Source: Porticoccus sp. (GTDB lineage: Bacteria > Pseudomonadota > Gammaproteobacteria > Pseudomonadales > Porticoccaceae). From it: a DNA stretch of 64,000 nt. Made by a program: the position numbers and the translations under genes. Position 1 is the first letter of the stretch; every line of letters starts with the position of its first letter. The stretch is from contig JAGPWA010000099.1 of assembly GCA_018066715.1 (NCBI GenBank), positions 35,860 to 99,859 of the forward strand. Reading direction: 5' to 3'. The notes under the pieces are model-generated. The model was given only the letters and a program-made list of their open reading frames with translations, was not told the DNA's origin and did not search any database. Positions 27,697 to 37,523 of the stretch are shown here, piece by piece.

Positions 27697-30039
27697 ATGA
27701 CAATTTTACAAAATAACAGTCCCTTTGGGGAAAAACTAGGACTGCTACTAAGAAACGGCATGTCCCTAGATGACCACCGTAACGGTATTCTGGCTCGTTC
27801 AGCTGAGTCCGGTCACTACAACGGTATTAAAGATCTAGAGTTTAAAGAAAGAGATCCAATCGGCTACGAGCGTATTTTCTCTAAAGTTCGTGCTGGTCTG
27901 GTTAACTCTCGTGAAGTTGCTAAGAAGATTGCAGCGTCTCCAATTGTTGAGCAGGAAGGTGAGTTGTGTTTCACCCTGTACAACGTAGCTGGTGACTGTG
28001 TTGCTACTTCTACTGGTATTATCATTCACGTTGGTACCATGGGCGCTGCGATCAAATATATGATCCAGAACAACTGGGAAATCAACCCAGGAATCAACGA
28101 TGGTGACATGTTCACTAACAATGATTGCCAAACTGGTAACGTTCACCCTTGCGATATTGCAACAATCGTTCCTATCTTCTTCGAAGGATACTTGCAAGCA
28201 TGGGTTGGCGGTGTAACTCACGTAATTGATACTGGTGCTGTAGGTCCTGGTTCCATGTCAAACGGTCAGATCCAACGCTTCGGTGATGGTCTGCAAATTA
28301 CTTGTCGTAAGACGGGTGTTAATGACACGCCTCTGCGTGACTGGTTGCACGAAAGCCAACGTAACGTTCGTACTGTTAAATACTGGATTCTCGATGAGAA
28401 AACCCGTATTGCTGGTACTCACATGATTCGTGAAATGGTTCAAGAAACCATCGCTGACGAAGGTGTTGAAGCTTGGGAACAGTTCGCTCTAGAAGTTATT
28501 GAAGATGGACGTCGTGGACTGGTTAGCCGTATTAAGGCAATGACCATCCCAGGTACTATCAAAACTGTTGCATTCGTTGACGTACCTTACACTCACCCAG
28601 ATGTAAACGTACCTTCTCCGTTCGCTAAAATTGATACTATCATGCACGCACCTTGCGTAATCACCATCAAACCAAATGCTACCTGGCGTTTGGACTTTGA
28701 AGGTTGTAGTCGTTGGGGCTGGCACACATATAACGCTAACCCCACAGCGTTTACCTCTGGTATTTGGGTAATGATGACTCAAAGTCTCGTACCTACAGAG
28801 CGTATTAATGATGGTGCTCGTTATGCAACTGAATTCCGCTTGCCAAAAGGCACTTGGACTAACCCTGATGACCGTCGTACAGCTCACGCTGATGCATGGC
28901 ACTTCCTGGTTTCTTCTTGGAGTTCTTTGTGGCGCGCTCTTAGCCGTTCTTACTTCGGTCGTGGTTACCTGGAAGAAGTTAACTCTGGTAACTCTAACCC
29001 TTGTAACTGGCTTCAAGGTGGCGGTATCAACCAAGACGGCGAAATTCACGCTGTAAACAGCTTCGAAACAGCTGCTTGTGGTACTGGCGCTTGTGCTATG
29101 AAAGATGGTTTGAACAACGCTGCTGCTATCTGGAACCCTGAAGGTGATATGGGTGATATCGAGATCTGGGAGCTGGCTGAGCCACTTCTGTACTTGGGTC
29201 GTATGCAAAAAACCAACTCTGGCGGTTACGGTAAGTACCGTGGTGGTAACGGTTTTGAGACCTTGCGTATGGTATGGGGCTCTCATGATTGGACTATGTT
29301 CTTCATGGGTAACGGCTACATGAACAGTGATTGGGGCCTGATGGGTGGTTATCCTTCAGCAACTGGTTACCGTTTTGAAGCACACAACACTGGCCTTATA
29401 GGCGAAGACGGTAGAATCGCAGCAGGTAAGTCAATTCCACTGGGTGAAGATTTGAACCCAGATGATTGTGAGTGGGAAAAACACCTTGGCCCAGACGCTG
29501 AAGTTAAGCGTGATAAGCAGTGTATTACTACTGAAGCAATCTTCGAGAATGGCGATCTGTACCTGAACTACCTCCGTGGTGGTCCTGGCTTCGGTGATCC
29601 TCTGGATCGTACACACGACAATATTCAAGAAGACCTTAACGAGAACTACATCCTTCCTGAGTACGCTCAGAAAATCTACGGTGTTCAATACACCCAAGAT
29701 AACGAAGGTGTTTACACCGTTGATTCAGCAAAAACTTCAGCTCGTCAAGCTGAGATGAAAGAAGAGCGTAAAGCACGCAGTGTTCCTGTTCGTGAGTGGA
29801 TGGAAACTGAGCGCGCTAAGATCCTTGATCTGGACGCTTCTCCACAAGTTAAGCAAATGTTTGCGTCTAGCTTCGGTCTGTCTGATCCCTTCCTGAATGA
29901 GTTTAAAACATTCTGGGATCTACCAGCCGATTGGAACCTATTGGAATCAAGCCTGGGAATCCCCATGTTTGGCTCTGATGTGACTATGGACATCAGTGAA
30001 ATGCCGGACTGTAAGCCCGTCATTATGACTGAAGAATAA
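27697..30039 (+). CDS. acxB: Acetone carboxylase alpha subunit (hydantoinase B family)
   Basis: 780 aa hydantoinase B/oxoprolinase-type protein positioned between acxA and acxC. Confidence 0.88.
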   Translation: MTILQNNSPFGEKLGLLLRNGMSLDDHRNGILARSAESGHYNGIKDLEFKERDPIGYERIFSKVRAGLVNSREVAKKIAASPIVEQEGELCFTLYNVAGDCVATSTGIIIHVGTMGAAIKYMIQNNWEINPGINDGDMFTNNDCQTGNVHPCDIATIVPIFFEGYLQAWVGGVTHVIDTGAVGPGSMSNGQIQRFGDGLQITCRKTGVNDTPLRDWLHESQRNVRTVKYWILDEKTRIAGTHMIREMVQETIADEGVEAWEQFALEVIEDGRRGLVSRIKAMTIPGTIKTVAFVDVPYTHPDVNVPSPFAKIDTIMHAPCVITIKPNATWRLDFEGCSRWGWHTYNANPTAFTSGIWVMMTQSLVPTERINDGARYATEFRLPKGTWTNPDDRRTAHADAWHFLVSSWSSLWRALSRSYFGRGYLEEVNSGNSNPCNWLQGGGINQDGEIHAVNSFETAACGTGACAMKDGLNNAAAIWNPEGDMGDIEIWELAEPLLYLGRMQKTNSGGYGKYRGGNGFETLRMVWGSHDWTMFFMGNGYMNSDWGLMGGYPSATGYRFEAHNTGLIGEDGRIAAGKSIPLGEDLNPDDCEWEKHLGPDAEVKRDKQCITTEAIFENGDLYLNYLRGGPGFGDPLDRTHDNIQEDLNENYILPEYAQKIYGVQYTQDNEGVYTVDSAKTSARQAEMKEERKARSVPVREWMETERAKILDLDASPQVKQMFASSFGLSDPFLNEFKTFWDLPADWNLLESSLGIPMFGSDVTMDISEMPDCKPVIMTEE

Positions 30040-30127
30040 GCGCTTACTTGGCCTTTGAGCGGAGTGGTTATAGTTTGCTATACCACTCCATCATTGACGA
30101 ATTGAACGAATACAAGAGATTTTAGAT

Positions 30128-30628
30128 ATGACTACATATACTAAGAAGCAGGTCAATGACCTGGTAGCTGGAACCCTTGATTGGGATTCCGTTCACAAAA
30201 TGCTGTCCATGCCTAAAGATGCAGGGCGTTACGCTCTCTATATGGAAGTTCTTCAGGACGCAGTGACTTACGATGATAAAATCCTTTTAGCCGTTGGCCC
30301 ACACCTGAACATTGTTGAGTCGGCTACTGATGGTGAAATCATTGTTAAGTGTAACTGTGGTCACGATTTCGGTGATTACCGTGAAAACTGGAAACTGGGT
30401 GCTAACATTTATGTCCGTGATACTGCGGAAAAAATGGATCAAGTTTATCCTCGCCTGATGTCTCCGGACACTACTTGGCAGGTATATCGTGAGTACTCTT
30501 GCCCAAGCTGCGGAACAATGCTCGACATTGAAGCTCCAACGCCTTGGTATCCAGTAATGCACGACTTCCAACCAGACCTGAAGACTTTCTTCGAGTGGGT
30601 TGAATTGCCAGCACCAGCTAAGATCTAA
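30128..30628 (+). CDS. acxC: Acetone carboxylase gamma subunit
   Basis: 166 aa with a Cys4-type zinc motif (CNCGHDF ... CPSCG) typical of the gamma subunit. Confidence 0.88.
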   Translation: MTTYTKKQVNDLVAGTLDWDSVHKMLSMPKDAGRYALYMEVLQDAVTYDDKILLAVGPHLNIVESATDGEIIVKCNCGHDFGDYRENWKLGANIYVRDTAEKMDQVYPRLMSPDTTWQVYREYSCPSCGTMLDIEAPTPWYPVMHDFQPDLKTFFEWVELPAPAKI

Positions 30629-30658
30629 GATCTGAGTTGTAAGGCATATAGTAGTACT

Positions 30659-30692
30659 AGATCCCGGCCTTTGGCCGGGATCTATCTATTTT
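30659..30692 (+). terminator. Rho-independent terminator after acxC
   Basis: agatcccggcc-tt-tggccgggatct stem followed by atctatttt. Confidence 0.7.
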
Positions 30693-30914
30693 AGGCTTGT
30701 GAAAATTTCCAAACTTGGCTCGATCAAACCCTTCCCTATTTATTTCCTTAACGATCGTAAAGGAAATAATAAATTTTAAAAGGGCCGATCTAGCGTATGT
30801 CTACCAGCACTGCTGGTTTAAAATATTTATCTATTTAATCATTGAAATATTTCCGATCATCCCAACATTACTGGTTAGGTTGGTTGACCGTAATTTATAA
30901 GTGTTGAGGAGAAT

Positions 30915-31352
30915 ATGATGTCCAAAGAGAAAAACGAACCGCATTTTTCAATGCAGAAAATATATTTGAAGAAGCAAATCTTTGAATCCCCTAACTCCGC
31001 GAGTGTTTTTGGTACAGACTGGAAGCCAGTAACAACGTTGGATTTGAATATTACTCACAACACCATTGATGATGACCGCCATGAGGTTATTTTAACGGTT
31101 GAGGTGACAGCTAAAAATGAAGAGATTGCTGCATTTAATTTGGTCATTGATCAAGCAGCTATGTTTATTATTTCAGGGTTCCCAGAAGACCGTCTGGAAG
31201 AAGCCTTGAACTCAGCGTGCCCCTCTATTATGTTCCCCTATCTTCGCGAGACAGTGGATCACGTTTTACTTAAAGCCGGTTATCCGCCATTAATGCTTGC
31301 ACCTATTAATTTCGATGCAATGTATAAAGATAAAAAAGCAAAAGCTCACTAA
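30915..31352 (+). CDS. SecB-like export chaperone paralogue
   Basis: Colinear with E. coli SecB: FSMQKIYLKKQIFESPNS vs FQIQRIYTKDISFEAPNA; CPSIMFPYLRE vs CPNILFPYARE; LAPINFDAMY vs LAPVNFDALF. The C-terminal tail is KDKKAKAH rather than acidic. Confidence 0.8.
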   Translation: MMSKEKNEPHFSMQKIYLKKQIFESPNSASVFGTDWKPVTTLDLNITHNTIDDDRHEVILTVEVTAKNEEIAAFNLVIDQAAMFIISGFPEDRLEEALNSACPSIMFPYLRETVDHVLLKAGYPPLMLAPINFDAMYKDKKAKAH

Positions 31353-31373
31353 AAATACACCAGAAAAATTTAT

Positions 31374-31409
31374 AAAATGACGCCGAGAGAATACTCTCGG
31401 CGTCATTTT
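31374..31409 (+). terminator. Rho-independent terminator after the secB-like gene
   Basis: aaaatgacgccgagag-aata-ctctcggcgtcatttt: perfect long stem with a flanking T run. Confidence 0.7.
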
Positions 31410-31623
31410 ACGTTCTACCCCTCCCCTGTTTTCCACCCGCTGTGGTTGCACCCTCCATTTTTCGTAACACCGATCGATCTTCCGGCTCTCTAGGGTTGCC
31501 GTATATATTCGTATCAATATTTTATGCTTATATTTTTCTAATACGGGTGCATCAATAAATTCAAAACCACAATAATAGTCTATACATTAAGTATTCAGCT
31601 TATTTGGTATGGGGAATATATGA

Positions 31624-33198
31624 GTGCCTGTAACTAAGGGTGCCGTTGCAGCAGGTCACCCACTGACTGTAGCTGCAGCCGAAGAAATTCTACAAGAAGG
31701 TGGTAATGCCTTTGATGCTATTGTGGCCGCACATTTTTGTGCCTGTGTGGTTGAGCCTGTGTTGGCATCGCTGGCTGGTGGTGGTTATATGCTGGCCCAA
31801 AAGTCAGGGGCTGATCCACAGGTGTATGACTTTTTTGTACAAACACCACGATCTAAAAAGTTGCCGGTTTCTCCTGATTTTTTCCCCATTCATGCTGATT
31901 TTGGCACGGTGTCACAGGAATTTCATATCGGGTTGGGGGCCATTGCTGTGCCGGGTTCGGTTCGTGGTATGTTTGATATTCACCGTGACCTTTGCACGCT
32001 TCCCGTTAGCCGACTCGTAGAGCCTGCGATAAAAGCTGCGCTAGAGGGGGTTCAATTTAACCACCTCCAAGCGAAGATTTTTGACATAGTTAGTCCCATC
32101 TATTCAGCCACCCCGGAAGCACGACAGACCTACAGGAGCCCTTTACGCCCTGGTTCATTGGTCGGCGAGCATGAGTTACTAAAGCAGCCAGCCTTGGCTG
32201 ATACCTTGGCCAGCTTGGCCAGCGAGGGCGACAAGTTCTTTTATGAGGGTGAGATCGCCAAAAAAATTGGACAGCTCTGTACGGAGGGTGGAGGCTATTT
32301 AACCCTAGATGATCTACGCCACTATCAGGTGATACGCAGGAAACCCCTACAGCTGAGCTATAGGAGCGCCCAATTATTTACCAACCCACCGCCAGCCTCA
32401 GGGGGGATTTTGATTGCTATGGCTTTGAAGCTATTGGAGCAGCAAGATTTATCAGCCTTTGACTTTGGCAGTCACCGCCACTTGGATCTGTTAGCCGCCG
32501 TGATGGCATCCACTAACCAAGCACGTTTGGATCTGCTTCTAGAGGGTGGCAGTGGATTGGCTGAGCACCTACTGGAGGAACATTATCTAAACCAGTACCG
32601 CCAGCAGGTGGCCGATCACGCCCGCTGTTTACGTGGGACAACACATATAAGTGTTGTTGATGCTGCGGGAAATACCGCGGCCATGACGGTGAGTAATGGG
32701 GAGGGTTGCGGCTATATGGTACCCGGCACAGGCATTATGTTGAACAACATGCTGGGAGAAGAAGATATTAATCCTGAGGGTTTTCATTGCTGGCCAGAGA
32801 ACCAGAGAATGACCTCAATGATGTCTCCCAGTCTATTGCAGTTGGGAAATGGTACCTCTGTGGCATTGGGTTCAGGTGGTTCTAACCGGATCCGGACTGC
32901 CATTCTTCAGGTAGTCAGTAATTTGGTGGATTTTGGGATGTAACCGGAGCAGGCGATAGCTGCTCCACGGATACATTATGAAAATGGCGTACTGAATATT
33001 GAGCCAGGATTTGAAGTAGGCGAGCTCGATGGGCTGAAAATTGATTACGACAATCAGCAACATTGGGATCAGCTTAATTTATATTTTGGAGGTGTTCATA
33101 CGGTGGAATTTGGTGGCCATCGTTTTCATGGTGTTGGTGATCCTCGTCGTGGTGGGGTGGGAGCGGTGGTGACTGGCGATAGCCAAAACAAGCGTTAG
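31624..33198 (+). pseudogene. Gamma-glutamyltransferase-family gene interrupted by one in-frame TAA (32941-32943)
   Basis: The 439-aa ORF carries GGNAFDA and the autoprocessing Thr motif GTTHISVVD. After the TAA the same frame continues PEQAIAAPRIHYENG ... GGVHTV ... GDPRRGG to a TAG at 33196-33198. DFGM-stop-PEQAIAAPR aligns residue-for-residue with E. coli GGT DYGMNVAEATNAPR. Confidence 0.8.
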
Positions 33199-33213
33199 GC
33201 CTGCTCGGTTTGC

Positions 33214-33948
33214 CTAGAGAAAATCACCCCACAGTGACTGGAGGATACTGATGGCCACAACGGGTGCAGTTTCAGTTCGCAATACCCGTGGCCCAAGGGC
33301 CAAAGGCATAAAACAATGCTCTTCTGCTCGTTTTATTTCATCAGTACTTAGTCCACCTTCTGGGCCAATTAACAGGGCGGCACTCGCCGTTTGTTGTTCC
33401 CCTAACTCAGAGATACTGTGTTGGCTGCGGTGATGTAGTACTAATTTTTTTTCCGCTTCGACGGAGCTGAGCCACTGATTGACGGCAATGGGAGGGTGGA
33501 TAACCGGGACTCGATTGCGGTAAGACTGTTCACAGGCACTAATACTGACTTGCTGCCAGTGGCGCAGTTTCTTTTCAGCGCGGTCGCCTTTCAGTTTGAC
33601 TTCAGTTCGCTCGGTATACAGCGGTGATATTTCAGTAACACCGACTTCGGTAGCCTTTTGGATGATCCAGTCCATCCGGTCACCACGAGACATGCCAATC
33701 CCCAAATGGATATGCAGAGGGGATTCACGCTCAGTATCAGTGAAGTCAGTAATGGAGGCTGTAACCTGCTTACTGTTACATTCGTTAAGCGTCGCGAGAA
33801 ATTCGCCTCCTTGGCCATTGAACAGTGAGATGGGGTCGCCGGCTTTTAGCCGTAGTACCGTGGCCAAATGGCGGGAAGCTATCGTATCTAACGTCACCTT
33901 CTCACCAGTGGTCAGGGGTTGGTCAGTAAAAACTCGAATATCACGCAT
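33214..33948 (-). CDS. rsmE: 16S rRNA (uracil1498-N3)-methyltransferase RsmE
   Basis: 244 aa. RHLATVLRLKAGD (PUA-like N-domain) and LLIGPEGGLS ... LGPRVLRTETA (SPOUT knot). Confidence 0.9.
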   Translation of the reverse strand: MRDIRVFTDQPLTTGEKVTLDTIASRHLATVLRLKAGDPISLFNGQGGEFLATLNECNSKQVTASITDFTDTERESPLHIHLGIGMSRGDRMDWIIQKATEVGVTEISPLYTERTEVKLKGDRAEKKLRHWQQVSISACEQSYRNRVPVIHPPIAVNQWLSSVEAEKKLVLHHRSQHSISELGEQQTASAALLIGPEGGLSTDEIKRAEEHCFMPLALGPRVLRTETAPVVAISILQSLWGDFL

Positions 33949-33993
33949 AGATGTCAGCCAAGTTCTTTAGAAAAAAACTTTCAATTAGACCCT

Positions 33994-34839
33994 TCAGTAA
34001 AACCCTTCAGTAAAACCCAAGTTGCGACACAGGGCCGCGTTGGCCTCAACCTGATTCATGGTATAAAAATGTAGCCCCGGTGCACCACCAGCCAACAATT
34101 TTTCACAGAGGTTAGTCACAACCTCCAGGCCGAACGCCTTAATACTTTCAGTGTCATTCCCGTACTGTTGAAGTCGTTGGCGAATCCAGCGGGGAATATC
34201 TGCACCACAGCTATCAGAGAATCTGATCAGATTCTGATAATTGATGATAGGCATAATACCGGGAATAATTGGCTGGTTGATACCTGCTTTCCCGCATTGA
34301 TCCAGATAGTAAAAATAGCTGTCAGGGTTGTAAAAATATTGGGTGATTGCACGGTTGGCACCGGCTTCAAATTTTTTCCCCAGCCAGTAGATATCCTTTT
34401 CGTAGCTCTCTGCCTCTGGATGAATTTCTGGATAGGCAGCAACCAACAGCTCAAAGGTGTCGCCAAAGTGCTCACGGATAAAACCCACCAACTCATTCGC
34501 ATAAACCAACTGTCCAGCACCACCCATACCCGAAGGTAGATCACCGCGCAGGCTAACAATACGGTTGATTCCCGCATCTTTGTAACTCTGTAATAGCGCT
34601 ATAACGGATTCCCTGCTGTCACCGCCAATGGACAGGTGAGGTGATGCACTGGAACCAGCGGCCTGGATTTCAAGGACGATATCTCGGGTAAATTCGCGGG
34701 TAGATCCTCCCGCGCCGTAGGTGACCGAGAAAAACTCCGGCTGAAACTTGGCCAGTTGGCGATGGGTGTCCTTAAGTTTTTCCCTGCCCTCGGGGGTCTT
34801 TGGGGGGAAAAACTCAAAGCTTAGGTGGTGATCTGTCAT
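33994..34839 (-). CDS. metF: 5,10-methylenetetrahydrofolate reductase
   Basis: SFEFFPPKT, TYGAGGST and LHFYTMN motifs. Confidence 0.95.
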   Translation of the reverse strand: MTDHHLSFEFFPPKTPEGREKLKDTHRQLAKFQPEFFSVTYGAGGSTREFTRDIVLEIQAAGSSASPHLSIGGDSRESVIALLQSYKDAGINRIVSLRGDLPSGMGGAGQLVYANELVGFIREHFGDTFELLVAAYPEIHPEAESYEKDIYWLGKKFEAGANRAITQYFYNPDSYFYYLDQCGKAGINQPIIPGIMPIINYQNLIRFSDSCGADIPRWIRQRLQQYGNDTESIKAFGLEVVTNLCEKLLAGGAPGLHFYTMNQVEANAALCRNLGFTEGFY

Positions 34840-34914
34840 AGTCTGTCAGTTCTTTTTTGTCGTTGGTGCCCATTTATTATATGGGCTTACATGTCTGCTG
34901 TGATATTTGCAGGT

Positions 34915-36279
34915 TTAGTACCTGTAGCTGTCACCCTTGAATGGGCCGTCCATGGGTACGTTAATGTACTCAGCTTGCTCCGGTTTGAGGCGGGTTATAA
35001 CACCGCTAAAACCGCTGACCATATGTGCTGCCACTTCTTCATCCAGTTTTTTGGGTAGCACTTCTACCCGTAATAATGTTGCTTTAGTGGCATCATCCTG
35101 GTGAGCAAATGCCTGCCCGTAAAGGTGAATTTGAGCCAGCACTTGATTAGCAAATGAACCATCCATCACGCGGCTGGGGTGGCCCGTAGCATTGCCCAGG
35201 TTGACCAGTCGACCCTCAGAAAGCAGTAGTAAGTGGTCGTTTGTCTCACGGTGGCGGAATACTTTGTGTACTTGTGGTTTTACTTCTTCCCACTCCCAGC
35301 TTTCACGCATGTAGGCAGTATCAATCTCATTATCAAAATGACCGATATTGCTCACCACACAGCCAGATTTTAGTGCTGCCAGAATATCAGCATCACAGAC
35401 GTTGTAATTGCCCGTACAGGTAACGACTAAGTCGGTAGTTGCCAGCAGCTGAGTATTGACGCCCTTTGATGGGTCGCCATCCTGATAGGTAGAAACCACT
35501 TCAAAGCCATCCATACAGGCCTGCATGGCACAGATAGGATCGACTTCAGTGACCTTTACAATCATACCTTCCTGGTTCAGGGACTGGGCTGAGCCTTTGC
35601 CCACATCGCCGTAACCAATAACCAATGCTTTTTTACCGGCCAGCAAGTGGTCGGTGGCACGCTTGATGGCATCGTTAAGACTGTGACGGCAACCGTACTT
35701 GTTATCATTCTTTGATTTGGTGACGGAGTCATTCACATTGATAGCGGGTACTTTTAATTCGCCCTTGCTCAGCATGTCGTACAGACGGTGAACGCCCGTT
35801 GTGGTTTCCTCGGTAATACCGTGAACATTCTCCAATACTTGAGGGTATTTCTCGTGCAGTAGAGCGGTCAAATCACCCCCGTCATCGAGTACCATATTGG
35901 CTTCCCAGGGTTGGCCGTCCTTTAGAACCTGTTGTTCCAGACACCAATCATATTCCTCTTCCGTCTCGCCCTTCCAGGCAAATACCGGTGTGCCGTTGGC
36001 TGCAATGGCTGCTGCGGCATGATCCTGAGTGGAGAAAATATTACAGGAGGTCCAGCGCACTTCTGCACCGAGAGCCTCTAGTGTCTCGATCAAAACGGCT
36101 GTTTGAATGGTCATATGAATACAGCCTAGAATCTTCGTTCCTGCCAGCGGCTGTTCCGCTTTATAGCGCTCACGTAAAGCCATCAGTGCAGGCATTTCTG
36201 TTTCGGCAATAGAAATTTCTTTGCGGCCCCATTCAGCAAGGCTGATGTCGGCAACTTTATAATCATTCGTCTTAGTCAT
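34915..36279 (-). CDS. ahcY: Adenosylhomocysteinase
   Basis: [20 protein letters not shown] site [17 protein letters not shown]. Confidence 0.95.
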   Translation of the reverse strand: MTKTNDYKVADISLAEWGRKEISIAETEMPALMALRERYKAEQPLAGTKILGCIHMTIQTAVLIETLEALGAEVRWTSCNIFSTQDHAAAAIAANGTPVFAWKGETEEEYDWCLEQQVLKDGQPWEANMVLDDGGDLTALLHEKYPQVLENVHGITEETTTGVHRLYDMLSKGELKVPAINVNDSVTKSKNDNKYGCRHSLNDAIKRATDHLLAGKKALVIGYGDVGKGSAQSLNQEGMIVKVTEVDPICAMQACMDGFEVVSTYQDGDPSKGVNTQLLATTDLVVTCTGNYNVCDADILAALKSGCVVSNIGHFDNEIDTAYMRESWEWEEVKPQVHKVFRHRETNDHLLLLSEGRLVNLGNATGHPSRVMDGSFANQVLAQIHLYGQAFAHQDDATKATLLRVEVLPKKLDEEVAAHMVSGFSGVITRLKPEQAEYINVPMDGPFKGDSYRY

Positions 36280-36335
36280 ATTTATTCCTCAAAAATCAAT
36301 TGTCTGGGGTTTGTCTGGTCAGTTAAGCCAGTGAC

Positions 36336-37490
36336 TTAAAGAGCGGCTTTAAGCGCCTCAGCTTTATCCGTTTTTTCCCAGGTGAAATTTTCTTCTTCAC
36401 GACCAAAGTGTCCGTAAGTCGCGGTAGCCCGATAAATGGGGCGTTTTAAATCGAGCATTTCGATCAGGCCTTGAGGGCGAAGATCAAAGTGTTCTCGTAC
36501 CAAAGCAACGATATCGTCGTCGCTAAGTTTGCCCGTGCCATAGGTGTCCACGCTGATGGACGTGGGTTCAGCCACGCCAATGGCATAGGAAATTTGTATT
36601 TCACAGCGGTCAGCCAGTCCTGCAGCAACAATATTTTTTGCCACATAGCGTCCGGCGTAAGCGGCTGAGCGGTCTACTTTGGAAGGGTCTTTGCCCGAAA
36701 AAGCGCCGCCACCGTGGCGCGCCATACCGCCGTAGGTATCCACAATAATCTTTCTACCAGTTAGCCCACAGTCACCCATGGGGCCACCGATAATGAACTG
36801 GCCAGTGGGGTTGATGTGGTACTTCGTGTCGCTATGTAGCCATTCCTCTGGCAGGGTGGGCTTGATGATTTCTTCGCGGACAGCATCCTGTAAATCAGAG
36901 AGAGAAATATCAGGTGAATGCTGGGTCGACAGCACAACAGCATCGATGGCCACTGGTTTTCCTTCGACATAGCGCAGGGTAACCTGGCTTTTGGCGTCCG
37001 GGCGAAGCCAAGGTAGAACGCCGTGTTTGCGCAGGTGTGCCTGACGCTCTACCAGTCGGTGGGCATAATAGATAGGCGCAGGCATGAGTACATCGGTTTC
37101 ATTGGTGGCGTAACCAAACATCAGTCCTTGGTCTCCGGCGCCCAGCTCTTTGGCTTCGCCTTCATCGACACCCACAGCGATGTCATGGGATTGTTTACCA
37201 ATGGCATTGAGTACCGCACAAGAAGCGCCGTCAAAGCCTATATCTGAACTGGTATAACCGATGTCTATAATCACACCGCGGACAATGTCTTCCAGATCCA
37301 CATAGGTGTCTGTTCTCACCTCACCGGCAATAATGGCCATCCCGGTTTTAACCATGGTTTCTACGGCCACCCGTGAATGGGGGTCATCTTTAAGTATGGC
37401 ATCCAGTATGGCGTCGGAAATTTGGTCAGCCATCTTATCGGGATGGCCCTCTGAAACAGATTCCGAGGTAAACAGGTTATAGCTAGACAT
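36336..37490 (-). CDS. metK: S-adenosylmethionine synthase
   Basis: [46 protein letters not shown]. Confidence 0.97.
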   Translation of the reverse strand: MSSYNLFTSESVSEGHPDKMADQISDAILDAILKDDPHSRVAVETMVKTGMAIIAGEVRTDTYVDLEDIVRGVIIDIGYTSSDIGFDGASCAVLNAIGKQSHDIAVGVDEGEAKELGAGDQGLMFGYATNETDVLMPAPIYYAHRLVERQAHLRKHGVLPWLRPDAKSQVTLRYVEGKPVAIDAVVLSTQHSPDISLSDLQDAVREEIIKPTLPEEWLHSDTKYHINPTGQFIIGGPMGDCGLTGRKIIVDTYGGMARHGGGAFSGKDPSKVDRSAAYAGRYVAKNIVAAGLADRCEIQISYAIGVAEPTSISVDTYGTGKLSDDDIVALVREHFDLRPQGLIEMLDLKRPIYRATATYGHFGREEENFTWEKTDKAEALKAAL

Positions 37491-37523
37491 GGATCGTTGC
37501 TCCTGTGTTTGTAAAATACATTA

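Noticed and set aside
25518-29697. Long antisense ORFs opposite acxA/acxB (for example 25518-26153, 26316-26909, 27225-27761 and 28489-29286, up to 265 aa).
   Set aside because: They lie entirely opposite genes with strong family-level homology. Their translations are low-complexity (Thr/Val/Asn-rich) with no motifs. They are the expected by-product of the strong codon bias of the sense strand.
30715-30900. 61-aa TTG-initiated ORF in the AT-rich spacer before the secB-like gene.
   Set aside because: It is a low-complexity Ile/Leu/Phe-rich translation of AT-rich DNA, with no SD and no motif. It is more likely promoter or spacer DNA.
34840-37523. Search for SAM or SAH riboswitches in the leaders of metF, ahcY and metK.
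   Set aside because: The spacers are only 75, 56 and 33 nt long and lack the conserved riboswitch cores. Only a small hairpin (gcccat...atgggc) without a U tract is present before metF.
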